Part shown: positions 1-13,187 of the stretch, piece by piece
Layout of the letters: each line of letters opens with the position of its first letter
How positions within the stretch are numbered: position 1 is the first letter of the stretch
Assembly: GCA_951406725.2 (NCBI GenBank)
Contig: OX597816.1
Span: 23,188,001 to 23,252,000, forward strand
From: Octopus vulgaris
Taxonomy: Eukaryota
Length of the DNA stretch: 64,000 bases
Direction: 5' to 3'
Notes under the pieces: generated by a model
Seen by the model: the letters and a program-made list of their open reading frames with translations, nothing else
Database searches by the model: none
Told to the model about the DNA's origin: nothing
Position numbers and translations under genes: made by a program

Positions 1-245
1 TAGGCTGCATTCAGAACTTGTTATTCCGCATCTGTAGATTCAACTCTTTTGAGAGTATGACGAATTCCATTCTAGTTTTATTTGCAATGGCACAGTTCTG
101 TGAATCTGAATTTAATTCTCTTTCGTCACTCAAAACAAAATCTAGGAATCTCCTGAATCTACAGGCAGATCTGTAGGTTGTAATCAGCAGGAAATTCCTA
201 CATTTTAATAGAGCCATAAATATGAACCAGGAACAAAGATAAAAA
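1..245 (+). mobile_element. Decayed hAT (Charlie-like) transposase C-terminal fragment
   Basis: Manual translation LVLFAMAQFCESEFNSLSSLKTKSRNLLNLQADL*VVIS resembles the hAT dimerization-region motif F..TYLCE..FS....KTK.RNRL....DLR; contains an in-frame stop. Confidence 0.6.
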
Positions 246-1247
246 TGAATTATATGTCCATAATTACAGATGATTTCATTATTTACATTTTTTCCTAATT
301 GCTCAATTTATTTTTGTATTTTATGCTCTGAGTTCAAAGCTTGCATCAGTATTTAAGTATTTTCACGTGGTCAAATTAAAACATACAGTTATAAAACTGA
401 CTCTTTCAACTTCAAATGTGATATTACTTTTGTAAAGCCTGCCTCGAATAAAAAATTTTACCCCAAAGAAATACGTAGAGGGTCCCCAGTTTACACGGTT
501 GATAAAGGTCCCAAAAATAGTAGTAAAATCGTCCTAAATTCACGTCCCTTTAAATGGAAAGGATCGTCGAATGATACGGCTATTCTTATGACTTCGTGAA
601 AACACACAGTTTATCGTAGTGGGGCAAAATAAAAAGAACGTGAACGTCTAAATATGCTAATTTATCTTTTTACAATTTCCTTTAGAAGTAAACTGATCTT
701 TTAAATAACTTGTTGCTAGTTACTGAACATATCGTTTATCGTGTTCGATATTTCATTAGAAGCTAAAGAATCAATTTAGCAGGAGCCGGTAATGTTAAAA
801 GCTTTGAGACAATAAGTTATTATTTGGGTGGAAGTGATATGAAGCTAGATAACAGTTGAAAGGTTGATAGATGTTTTCTTACTATTAGAAATGCTCGTTC
901 AGTGTGTAATCAGGAGCCTATTATTTCTCAAAATACCCAGTCATCATGGACAAAAACAAGGATTATAGCATAGGAGCCGCACATTAATACAAATGAAGCT
1001 CGTATTTAGATGGCTGCTACTGGTTCGAAAATCTGCATGCTTTCCTGTTTTAATTTGTTGTGGAGTGAACTGACAACACCACAACTGACTGTCATTGAAC
1101 TGGACGTGTCTTAAACATCCATGAACCAGTAGACTGTTGAGGTCGAACTGTGGGAGCGATAGTCTCGTTATTGATTCTGTGTTGGAGCAATGGATTGTTA
1201 TTGTGCGAACGGTTATGAGATAACCAACTCGTTACAGTGCTTATTGG

Positions 1248-1660
1248 GATCTTTACCTTTTGACCTACAGACTTAAAAAATAATTATTCGTAAGTAAACA
1301 TTTTCAAACTTTGTACACTGGTAGAATGTGTTATATAAAACATCTTTTACTCTTAGCATTTTTGAGAAAAACTTATATTTACGAAGTTATTTCACGTTAA
1401 AGTTGTCCTGTTTCGGTAATTTCAACCAATCAATGGCGTGTATTCAGCTGAATAAAATTACAGCCGTTGTTTGTCAACAACAACTATCGGCGGTGTATAT
1501 TTCGTTTATCACTGTTATTTAGGACATCGTTCGTGCGTTTGTACTGGTTTTAAGATTTTAGGGTTAGGGTTGGGGTGTTAGGGTTAGGGTTTTAGGATTA
1601 GGGTTAGGGTTTTAGGTTTAGGGCTGTCATAAATAACAGTGACAAACGAAATATACACCG
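1248..1660 (+). mobile_element. Non-autonomous DNA-transposon/MITE-like element with internal hairpin around TTAGGG-like repeats
   Basis: 1248-1470 matches the reverse complement of 41828-42049; inverted arms 1491-1521 and 1630-1660 enclose TTAGGG-like repeats at 1558-1623. Confidence 0.6.
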
Positions 1661-1749
1661 AGCACAAGGGTCGATGTAATCGCCTTACACCATCGCCCGA
1701 TATTGCTGGCATTGTTCCAAAATTTGAAACCAATATTTCCCTATCGCAA

Positions 1750-2250
1750 GGCGACGAGCTAGTAGTATCGCTAGCACGCCAGGCACAATGCTCAGCTTCA
1801 TTTCGTTCGTCATTACGTTCTGGGTTCGAATCCTGCCAACGCTTTATTTGCCTTCGATCCTTTCGGTGTCAATAAAATAAGTACCGTGGAGGCGCGTGGC
1901 TTAGTGGTTAGGGTGTCAACATCATGATCGTAAGATTGTGGTTTCGATTCCTGGACCGAACGACGCGTTGTGTTCTTGAGCAAAACACTACATTTCACTA
2001 CATTTCATTACTGCAGTCCCCTCAGCTGACAGAAATGAGTAACGCTGCGATGGACTGGCATCCCGTCCAGCTGGGGAACACATACGCCATTGAAACCCGG
2101 GAAACCGGGCCCATGAGCCTGGTTAGGCTTTAAAAAGTGGCACATATATTTTATTTTAAAGTAAGTACCTGTTGAGCACTGAATTGATGTAATCGCCTTT
2201 CTCCCTTTCCCAAAATGACCGGCCTTGTACCAAAATTTTGAAACCAGAAT
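1750..2250 (+). mobile_element. SINE family D (old copy) interrupted by a family C SINE
   Basis: GGCGACGAGCT..TAGCACGCC head and GCCTTCGATCCTTTCGGTGTCAATAAAATAAGTACC body; resumes at 2162 after the insert. Confidence 0.65.
1886..2161 (+). mobile_element. tRNA-derived SINE family C (CORE-like central domain)
   Basis: A box TGGCTTAGTGG, B box GTTTCGATTCC, TTGTGTTCTTGAGCAAAACAC body; TSD TAAGTACC at 1878-1885 and 2162-2169; homologous to 7471-7729. Confidence 0.8.
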
Positions 2251-2511
2251 AAACCACTCGTTTTTGCAAATCAGATTAAATCATTGTAATGTACTGAAAA
2301 TTACCTTAGTAACAGCCAATTCTGGAACTGTGTTGGTAGCTGTAAGAGCAATTACCGGTTCAGCTGGTCTGTAGTTGAAAATCCTACCAGCCTGATTAAT
2401 ATATTTCGAGCGGAAGGAGACTCTGCCATGGCTGATGCTACAAAAATCCGATTAGAAATAAAATTTACAAAAAACAAATATGTGGTGTGAGACAATTTTT
2501 GCTGTGTATTC

Positions 2512-3153
<642 letters not shown>

Positions 3154-3382
3154 AATCCACTTAATAATTAATAGTCAGATTCAAACAATGCAAATATATC
3201 CGAAATATATCCCAGCATCAATGTAAACTTGCGTGTGTTCGAGGAGGGGAGATGAGTGCGCTGGGCAGAAGTGGGTCAACTGAAATATGTCAACTAAATC
3301 TATTGGCCAAGTTTATGACGAACCACATTGGAAACAATAACTTCACTCCATATTCGCTGTGTTCTCTTTTCTTCCATTTAAG

Positions 3383-3753
3383 GCTTTTGGACAGCGGCTC
3401 GAGGCTATAGTAGAAGATACTTGCCCAAGGTACCACGCAATGGGACAGAACCCAGAACCACTTTGTCGTAAGCAAGCTACTTACCACACACTGTAATCTC
3501 GTGATTACAGTTTCAGATCACTAGGAACTTCTCGGCTGAAGAACGCACACCTGTCAAATGGGGGCTCACACGCACACACACACATATACATATATACATA
3601 TACAACGTGCTTCTTTCGATTTCCGTATACCAAATCTACTCACAAGGCTTTGGTCAGCCTAAGGCTGCAGTAGACACTTGTCCAAGGTTCCATGTAGTAG
3701 AACTGAGCTTGGAACCGTGAAGCAAGCTTCTTACCACGCAGTCACATCTACAC
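3383..3753 (-). mobile_element. Two 5' fragments of SINE family A
   Basis: Reverse-complement matches to the family A head/body at 3383-3490 and 3605-3753. Confidence 0.7.
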
Positions 3754-3780
3754 CAATATATATATATATATATATACATA

Positions 3781-4465
3781 TATCACTTTTGACCGGCGAT
3801 TATATCCGGAAATCCTGGATGCGACAGGTGTTTAGAAATGTCTTCATTATTATGCTGTACTATACGTGAACCACTTCAAGTTTCAAGTTTCAAGTACACG
3901 GTAGGCTATATACAACCCTATCCTATAAGTGATGCACTATCTGAGCACGAAAAAGTTGTAACTCACGTATAACTCTCGTATTAATCAGAATATATTGCCC
4001 TCTCACTGGACTGATTACTTTTTAGAGCATTCTTTTAACAATCGATAGATAGATAGATAGATAGATACATACATACATACATACATACATACATACATAC
4101 ATACATACATACATACATACATAGATGATATTTATATTGACTAATTTTCAATTCTTTCAAGTTTTATGCAGCCAAGATGTGTTCGTCGTATCGTCTATGA
4201 ATGACGAACATTTTCATTGTTAATGAAATTATTGACCTTCCATGCAGTGAATTGACGTGTTGTAAATTTTCCATTAATTACACAATTGTCTCAACGTTAA
4301 TTAAAAAATTTTAAAAAACACTCCCAGTTGTCTGATGTACAAGAATTGCTTAGCAAAATCAATGGTCTATTACATACTAAACATCTTGGCAGAATAATAA
4401 TGTAGATATTTCTAAATACCAGTCCCATCCAGGATTTCCGGATATAATTGCCTGGCAAATTGATA
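3781..4465. mobile_element. MITE-like element with ~75 bp imperfect terminal inverted repeats
   Basis: 3781-3856 (..ATTATATCCGGAAATCCTGGATG..) is the reverse complement of 4389-4465 (..CATCCAGGATTTCCGGATATAAT..). Confidence 0.7.
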
Positions 4466-5027
4466 CTAGTTTTATCTTGAGTGAATTTAATACCGTATCC
4501 TTAATCACAATTTAACGCCCAGGACTAAGAAATGAATATATACATATCAAAGTAATGACTCATGAACAAACATTGTGTTTCGGGCATATCATCCATGAAC
4601 GGAGCACAACAAGGCAAATATATTACTGAGAAATACTATATAATAATCACTGAATGAAAACATATGCAAGTTAGGGTGAAATTAGTACATGTCGTCATAA
4701 GGACAAATTCTAAAGTGACGATTTTTACATCGAAAGTGGAGCCAATAAGTAGTTTTGGAAATGAAAATCAGAATATTATAAGGTCAACTAAAAAATTGTA
4801 ACACACCTATTTACGACATTCAATATCAATGGTTATTCCATTTACCTCAAAATAGCAAATGCTGCAAATACTTACTGACGAATGCCGCTTCAACGGGTTA
4901 ATTGAAGTGATAAAGTTGTCGTCAATTTAAGTGGTAATAACTAAACTATGCCTTTGTAGAGCTACGTGTGAACAAAGTACTATATTTCATATAGGGACGG
5001 ATACACACATAATTGTATATAAATATA

Positions 5028-5029
<2 letters not shown>

Positions 5030-5109
<80 letters not shown>

Positions 5110-5130
5110 GAGAAGGAGGAGAGTGGTTCA

Positions 5131-5195
<65 letters not shown>

Positions 5196-5316
5196 TTGCA
5201 GCGTGGAAGATGTTTATAAGACATTTAAAAACACACAAAAACCGTTAGATTCACTTCAACATGGCTTATCCATTAGATTTGCAGACTCTATATATGCATA
5301 CATACACACACATATG

Positions 5317-5389
<73 letters not shown>

Positions 5390-5560
5390 GGTGTTTATTT
5401 ATCTACATGCATATGTGTGTATATATACGATTTGTACATATATATATATATATACGTGTGTGTGTGTGTACACACGCGTACGCATTTATATATAACATAC
5501 GTAACTACACACATGCGCATATATAGCTACACAATTATATATGCATATAGATAAGTATGT
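5030..5560. repeat. Compound (TA)n/(GA)n/(CA)n microsatellite block
   Basis: Direct inspection. Confidence 0.95.
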
Positions 5561-6259
5561 ATGATTTAACTCTTTCCCTAGACAAACAGACGCATACACA
5601 CATACTTATGTTATATGCTGTGTCACTGTGTGTGTGTGTGCGCGCGTATTTATCTATCACTTCGTGTATATGTGTGATTCAATACCTACATCACTGATAA
5701 GTTTGTATCACTTACTTTCCAAATCCAATTTCATAGTCGAGTAGCTGGGGAGGCGCTATGGCCTGAGATGCTACAATGGAAAAGAAAAACAGAAAACCGT
5801 CAGTTAAAAGAAGTATAAAAAAAAGGATTATTAGATAATAGCTGAAGATTTTTAATCAACATATATTTTTTTCAAGTGTGATGTTAGTTTTATCAATTTG
5901 TGACATAAGAAATATCAACAAATCCGACAACGGTTGTCTGAGGAAGAGGCTTTGTTTGACTACTACTGAGACAAAAATAATTTATAGATACTACAAAGAA
6001 CAATATGGTTTTGAATGTTATATATATATATTGATGTCTCGGTCATTCTGTTCGTGATAGAGGGAATAAGTAAATTGATGTAAGCGATTGCAGTGTCTTT
6101 CTAGAAGATTCTGTAAGTTTATCATTTCGTTTCGTAAATTAAATTGCTGATGTAAACTGAACATCCTACTGCATTAAGTGGGCTTTGTTCCTCCAAGTTC
6201 TGACAGTGTTTATTTTACAAGAATCAATTTAATCTTTCATCTCTCTCAGAAGTCAATAA

Positions 6260-6486
6260 AATACGTAAAAGAATTACACTGAAGTCGGATCGATCGCCTT
6301 TTGAGTAATCTGGACCGACGCTTTGTCCAAAGAGCACGTTGATCCCCCAGATCAAATGTGACCGATATAATACGTACAAGAAGTACACTGAAGTCGGATC
6401 AATCGCCTTTTGAGTAATCTAGACCGACGCCTAGGCCAAAGAACACGTTGCTGTTTATCCCCTAGATCAAACGTGATCGATAAAAT
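6260..6486 (+). repeat. Tandem duplication of ~110 bp
   Basis: TACACTGAAGTCGGATC..TTTTGAGTAATCT..GACCGACGC occurs twice (units about 6260-6368 and 6369-6486). Confidence 0.85.
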
Positions 6487-6689
6487 CTATGACCAAATCT
6501 ATAACGTCCTAATGCTGACCACCCGGACATTTTATAGGTACAGGTGTCTAAATTAGCTAATGAATCTTCTCTTTATAAAAGACTGTAAGGGTGCATTTCT
6601 CGAAGAGTGAGAACATAAATGCTCTTTCTTTGGCCTGCTAAAATCGCATATGTTTAACAAAGCCCAACTTTTGCGCGATAACATAATTT

Positions 6690-6955
6690 CCTTTCCTCAA
6701 GAAAGAGATCCAAGAGGAAAAGGATCCCATCATCTTTAAACGGAGTCTGGACAGATTTCTTCAAGGAATACCAGATAAGCCACCCATACCTGGATACAAC
6801 TCACTCAACAAGAACTCACTACTTGAATGGACCATAAACAAAACTTGACTTAAACAGGATTTAGATAATCCTATCAGGTGGTGCTATTAAGTTAGATATG
6901 GCCTGGACCAATCTTTGGTCGAAACATATCTAAATTTATCTAAGTTTATCTAACT
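6690..6955 (+). mobile_element. CR1/L2-like LINE 3' end (same family as 45778-46320)
   Basis: Encodes FKRSLDRFLQGIPDKPPIPGYNSLNKNSLLEW; tail of TTTATCTAA(G/A) repeats. Confidence 0.8.
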
Positions 6956-7470
6956 AATAAAGACATTTAATGTAAGAATAAACTTTCCTCCGGAGATCTT
7001 CCTCTTTGTACGCTGCCAAACAAAAGCCTTTCTGCAAAGTTGAGGTAAGTATTCTACTTGATCGAGCGGTAAAATAGAAATGTTTTGTTGGCTCGACTGA
7101 TATTTTTTTTTGTTTCACGCACTGGTAAATATTTGCCATTCTGAACAGCTGACGAATAGACTTTAACAAGTCAAGTTCATTGATTGTTTGACAGGACGAT
7201 TGATCGAACGACCGATGAGCTAATTCATTAAATGATTAACCAATTGGCAAATGAAATTATGGTAATAACATAGAGCCAGTACGTGTGTTTATAATGGACA
7301 TAATGACCCTCCTGAGATACAGCAAAATATGCTTCTACGCTCGAGTTCACATCAAACATCTTACAAACCAAACACTGAATTGATACTTGAAATAAAAAAG
7401 GGTAAGGCCACCAGAAATTGAAACCGTTTCACACAGATATCGATTTTTAAATCTGTTCTAGTTTATATAT

Positions 7471-7729
7471 GGAGGCGCGTGGTTTAGTGATTAGTGTGCT
7501 TAACTCATGATCGTAAGGTTGTGGTTTCGATTCCTGGACCGGGCGACACGTTGTGTTCTTGAGCAAAACACTTCATTTCACGTTGCTCCAGTTCACTCAG
7601 CTGGCAAAAATGAGTAACGCTGCGATAGATTAGCGTCTCGTCCAGCTGGGGAACACATACGCCATAGAAACCGGGAAACCGGGACCATGAGCCTGGCTAG
7701 GCTTTAAAAGGGCGCATTTATTTTTTTAT
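7471..7729 (+). mobile_element. tRNA-derived SINE family C, full length
   Basis: A/B boxes and CORE-like body; 13-bp TSD TTCTAGTTTATAT at 7456-7468 and 7730-7742. Confidence 0.85.
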
Positions 7730-8622
7730 TTCTAGTTTATATTATTCTATTTTACACTACACTGCATTAGAAGCATTCTTTCTTAATATACAAAATCAAA
7801 TGAGACGCTGAATTGTGAGGTGCCAAAAATGAGCGTTCTGAATAAAATAACAACGATCTACTTATGGACATATAAACCAATCGCTCTTCCATCCGACCGA
7901 AAAAAAAAGATCTTGATAATTTGAAAACAACATATAAAATGGCGTAAAAGCATAGAACAGTAGAAAAGAAACGATTAAGGTAGAGCTTTTATTATGTGCC
8001 AAGCGGTATTGAAATAAGATTCTGTGTTAGATTACTAAGCTGTAATCCTAACACTGTGCACAGAATATTCATCATTAATGAAAAAATAACAAAAACTCTG
8101 CAGGAATCATAAAGATTACGATAGAGTGATTTAAACCGTTCTTACCTCGATTCTTTAAAATATTTGATATGTATATATCGTAGGAGCAGATGAGAGACAT
8201 ATAACAATTTGTTTAATAAGTGTTTCTGAAGAAAATGTAGATGAATTCTAAGATAACAATGATTTTTTTTTGTCATTGACAAGACTTGTGGAACGCTATG
8301 TATGTTTAAAAGTTATCATAATGGGAAATGCTCCAACGATATCCATGCCCTATTTCTATGGTAATAACAACGCAGGTAATATGGAATCCAGACGGTCTCA
8401 GCGAGGATAATCACTTTTCAAGCATTATGTTGACTAAGAATGATTCTATTCCAGTCAATTCATAATTTTTTTGTGGTTGAGTGTATATTATAGAACTAGT
8501 TTAAACCAAACCTTCAAGTTCTACCTTACGTATTATTCACATGACCGAGAAATGCGGCCATTGAAGAGGCCCCAAAAAGCTGAAATGCATCTGGCATCCT
8601 TGCTTGCAACTCTCGTAATAGA

Positions 8623-8653
<31 letters not shown>

Positions 8654-8914
8654 ACTCTCTCTCTCTCTCTCTCTCCTAATATTCACTGTATTTTTAACAC
8701 AGTAAGTCCATCTGTCTCAGGATAAGTACTGCAGTATCTGACCTATCAACAATGTGTATGTATTAAGTATGACACATAGAGAGCCATATTAATTAGATAC
8801 ACCCTCAAAAACATATGCACGATACGAAAACTTCTTTCGAAAAGGATCATGTTATTTCATTTTTCTGTGAATCTTAAAATAGTAAATAATTTTTAATAAA
8901 AACTTTCCTTATCG

Positions 8915-8987
<73 letters not shown>

Positions 8988-9160
8988 TGAGTGTATTTTT
9001 ACCTTGTTAACAATTAACACGGAAAAAATAAATAAATAGTTACCAGGACAGCAAAAATATCACAAGTAAAGGTGTTGTAAACAATATTAATAGCGTTATG
9101 TCTATCGCTATACAAATCCATCATTTTTTGCTAAAATGTCTTCTTCACGAGTTTCGTTTT

Positions 9161-9253
9161 TTTCACTTTCCTGAGGAGAAGATTGCATTGTTTATACCAT
9201 TTATTCTTTAGAATAGCATCAGTGGAATTTTCGAAACATGTGTCGAACGTAAA
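9161..9253 (+). ncRNA. Type I hammerhead ribozyme motif in a TA-flanked Penelope-like insert (~8986-9292)
   Basis: CUGAGGA 9171-9177; 13-bp stem II with one mismatch (9178-9190 / 9220-9232); GAAA 9233-9236; short stem III ACA-UG-UGU; GUC site 9242-9244; imperfect stem I UUUCACUUUC/GAACGUAAA. Confidence 0.7.
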
Positions 9254-9290
9254 AATATTTGATTACACCTGCGTTAACTCCATTTTTTTA

Positions 9291-9386
<96 letters not shown>

Positions 9387-9477
9387 GTTAATCCAAACAT
9401 GAAAACATAACAACGCGAGGACGTGGAACAAATATAGTATTATTGGACGACGCTCAGGAAGGAAGGGAAGAAGGAGG

Positions 9478-9512
9478 GTTTTACGCTTCGAGCAGAGCTC
9501 TTCGTCAGAAAC
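9478..9512 (-). ncRNA. Minimal hammerhead motif with GAAA>GAAG change, in a Penelope-like terminal fragment (~9384-9583)
   Basis: Minus strand GUUU-CUGACGA-A-GAGC-UCU-GCUC-GAAG-CG-UA-AAAC. Confidence 0.6.
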
Positions 9513-9581
9513 ATTGGAAAAGGAAGATCCAGAGAAGGGAAGACGGAGGAAAAAAGTCGTCAACGGTACACACGCGGTCAC

Positions 9582-9656
<75 letters not shown>

Positions 9657-9783
9657 CAAAATATTCTGTAATTATATACGTAATTATAATAAGAGGTCAG
9701 CTGAGTGCTTTCGCCACGTACTGACTACTTGGTAAAATCATTAATTAAATTTACCCTATATTATTATATACATACATATACAT

Positions 9784-9859
<76 letters not shown>

Positions 9860-9920
9860 GTATAAATATGTGTGTATACACATACGTATATATATATATA
9901 TATATATATATTTTATATAA

Positions 9921-10010
9921 ATAAGGATAAGATCGTTATTTAAATTTTGAACTTATCTAGTGGCCAGCATGGGAATAAAAACCTTCAAAGAATACCCTAA
10001 ATTATAATTT
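9921..10010 (+). repeat. Short TA-flanked dispersed repeat
   Basis: 9921-9990 matches the reverse complement of 38533-38607; TACCCTAAATTATAATTT also occurs at about 38499. Confidence 0.6.
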
Positions 10011-10143
10011 TATATAGATAGATAGATAGATAGATAGAAAGATATAGATATTGATAGGTATATATATATATATATAAAGAGAGAGAGAGAGAGAATAAGA
10101 GAGAGAGAGATATTGATAGGTATATATATATATATATATATAT

Positions 10144-10195
<52 letters not shown>

Positions 10196-11119
10196 ATACA
10201 TTAAAAGGCTTCCAAATAAAGAAGCAAGTGCCAGATACACAAGGAGGGGATAAATTCATGAAATGGAATGAAAATTAAAAACGTTTACCATCTCAGCTAA
10301 TCCTATGCTGCAGTTTCATCTTTTTTTTAGCAAATAAATAGAATTCATCTGCCAAGGCCAGACTCGTCAGCAGGAAGCCTTTATAATCAAAGCTGTACAT
10401 ATCGCTAGAAGCACGTACAAATCTAGCGATCTGTATACTCTAACTTTTCAGACCAGTGCGCAGACGCAAACAATACCCGGCGAACAGAGGGGATGCCGGT
10501 AAAAATTTACTAGCAAATTTAACAAGCAATATTTAAAACATAGTAAATAGGGTAATAAAAATAAATTCTTATTACCAGTGACCTAGCATACATACATTGT
10601 AATCCACGTAGACCATAAGTTTACATTCTGCTGCTTTACCGATACGTAAATTCAAATTTCGAGCACCAGATAGTGTACAGTTAGAGTATTGTAGAATAAT
10701 AAAAAATCCCGTAAAATGATACATTTTTAATCAGCGTGTGCACGTCTCGGATATCCTAGTATTACACAATTCTGCAACGTGTCCATTATGGATTTTAATC
10801 CATGAATATTTGATCGAATAATGTTCTATGGGGATCAAGAAATTTAGAATAAGCATATTTTTATCAAATCTTCACCACGCAGTTTTGAATAAAGAAAAGT
10901 TTACGGGGAATAAATACTAGTAACTATTTGACTATTACGAAGAATAGGTATGTGTACCAAGAGACCTGCTCAGAAGACGTGAGATTGCTATAGTACTGAA
11001 ATATCATATGGATAAAGTCCGACCACATTTATATTTCTTAATCACTCCAATTATTTCGGAGTTATGTAGAGCTAAAGTGGCTTATTAAATATATTATTTA
11101 TGTCTCAATGATATTTCAT

Positions 11120-11369
11120 TTGATAAGTATTAATTCTAAATATTAACTCTGTGTAGGAGACAGGTTAGTTAGCGAGAAACGCAAAAGGAAATAATCAGAA
11201 TATTATTTATTAAAGCCCTTATTCTGTTTAGAAGATAGTTTTTTGTAAAGGAATAAATGTTTCAAAAAAATAACAATAAAAAATGACATAAAATAACAAT
11301 AAAACAATTCAAGTTAATGAGAAAGAAATTAAAACTAATTAGTTTAATTGTTACAATTGTAATTATTTC

Positions 11370-11416
<47 letters not shown>

Positions 11417-11774
11417 TATTATTACTTAAAACTTTGAAATTATTTTACTTTTCAACTATGTTTACATTATTTTTTCATTTTTTAATTATTTCTCTATGAC
11501 ATTTTACTTTATGTATTTCTATGTCTATTTTTTATGTTTTAATTAATTTTAATTTATTACTAACTAGCTCTAATTTCTCTTTTTTTTTATAGTTTAGGTT
11601 ATCTTGACCATATTGCAATTATTTAAAATTCTAAATATTTATTACTCTAAGAATTACAATTTCTTCAAAATAAAAGAAACTAGCCAATAATTTGCTGAAT
11701 ATTTCTTTTTGCGTTTCTCGCTAAATAGCCTATCTCATTGCATAAAGCTTATATTTAGAACTAACACAGATCAA
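11120..11774. mobile_element. MITE-like AT-rich element with ~88 bp imperfect inverted arms and internal (ATT)n
   Basis: TTAGCGAGAAACGCAAAAGGAAATA within 11120-11207 versus TATTTCTTTTTGCGTTTCTCGCTAA within 11686-11774. Confidence 0.6.
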
Positions 11775-11858
11775 ATGGCACACCATATTAAATGAACAGC
11801 TTTAGTTATACATACACCATATATACCTTATTTTCTCTCTCTGCTTATTTCTGTTTTC

Positions 11859-11894
11859 ATTTCTGTTGAAGAGCATAGGCTCGAAACGTAAAAG
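11859..11894 (+). ncRNA. Minimal hammerhead motif with core variant CUGUUGA, in a Penelope-like terminal fragment (~11825-11990)
   Basis: UUU-CUGUUGA-A-GAGC-AUAG-GCUC-GAAA-CG-UA-AAA; homologous to 40295-40330. Confidence 0.55.
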
Positions 11895-11989
11895 ACTTTC
11901 TCACTTCCCGAGCGTAATGCTAATACATATGTTTGTTGTTTACACATCCATCTTCGTCTTTTGTTTTGTTTTTTTGTAAAGTCCAACTA

Positions 11990-12055
<66 letters not shown>

Positions 12056-12126
12056 GGTCCCGGGTTGAGTCGGGGTTAACCACAGTAAATAAGGTACTCA
12101 ATACATAGCAGAGTAAATTAATTTAT

Positions 12127-12246
12127 TATATAGAAGGAGCTTCTACAGGACTAGAACTGTTTCATTCAAAAGAAATCATCAGGAAGCTTCCTGATGATTT
12201 CTTTTGAATGAAACAGTTCTAGTCCTGTAGAAGCTCCTTCTATATA
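12127..12246. repeat. Perfect 120-bp spacerless palindrome inside a TA-flanked insert (12054-12254)
   Basis: Centre AGGAAG|CTTCCT at 12186/12187; each arm carries CTGATGA..GAAA on its outward-reading strand. Confidence 0.95.
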
Positions 12247-12248
12247 TA

Positions 12249-12311
<63 letters not shown>

Positions 12312-12428
12312 GCCGAAATCTGCGATGAGGAATCGGTTTCTGACTGAAGTACGAAGGCTTTGAATGACCCGTGTGTCTCTTATGTTCGTCCCTTCGTGTA
12401 TTTCACGTTATTTATATATGTAAAGGTT

Positions 12429-12478
<50 letters not shown>

Positions 12479-13187
12479 TCCATATATATGTACGTTTGTG
12501 TGTATATATATATATATGCATGTGTGTGTGTATGTGTGTATATATATATATGAGGGGCGTACACTCATGACTGAGTAAGACCATTGCTGACCTTTAGGAA
12601 CATTGTGCGCGCTGGGACTAGCTTATGTTCTGCATTTGCGGCTCCGTTGGTGGCTAATGAGCTCTGCTCTTTACAAGCATACACGGCTGCAAACATTGTA
12701 GACCAAGTTTCCCCACTCACTACGCCAGCAGTGCGCTTTTGAGCAGCACGCTTAAGTTCTTCATGCAGAATACGTGCTCTTTCAAAGGTGTCGACCCTCT
12801 CATTAGCCTGTTTCCTCTACCTGTGGCGATGACAGGCATTGCTCTCCCAGTCGGTTTCCTGCATATCACAGGCCTTTATCTAATTGCATATATATGCGAC
12901 TACATACATATATACACACGAAAACACACTCACATTCATATGCATACATATTGATAATATACGTGTGTGTACGCGTGTGGGTGTGTGCTCGCGTGTGTTT
13001 GGGGTTATTTTTTTGTACCTCACTTCCGCTTGACAACCGATGTTGGTGTGTATAGGTCCTGGAAAAATTGGCTGATAAAATAACCTGACTTAACAGTTTA
13101 GCCTTCAAATTACTCTATAAGTCTTACTCTTAGTACTCAAATTACTCTTATTTATTCACATTGTTTTGCATTAATCATGTAATATCT

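Noticed and set aside
1558-1623. True telomere or chromosome fusion site
   Set aside because: Short, degenerate, single orientation and embedded in a dispersed element
5938-5975. CTGAGGA hammerhead-core match (similar lone matches near 4876, 7149, 25480 and 27792)
   Set aside because: No stem II, GAAA or NUH in the correct geometry
4490-8450. Possible fragmented pogo/Tigger transposase (TACCGTA end, AASTG and MPYFYGNN remnants)
   Set aside because: Similarity too degenerate to support by eye; needs BLASTX
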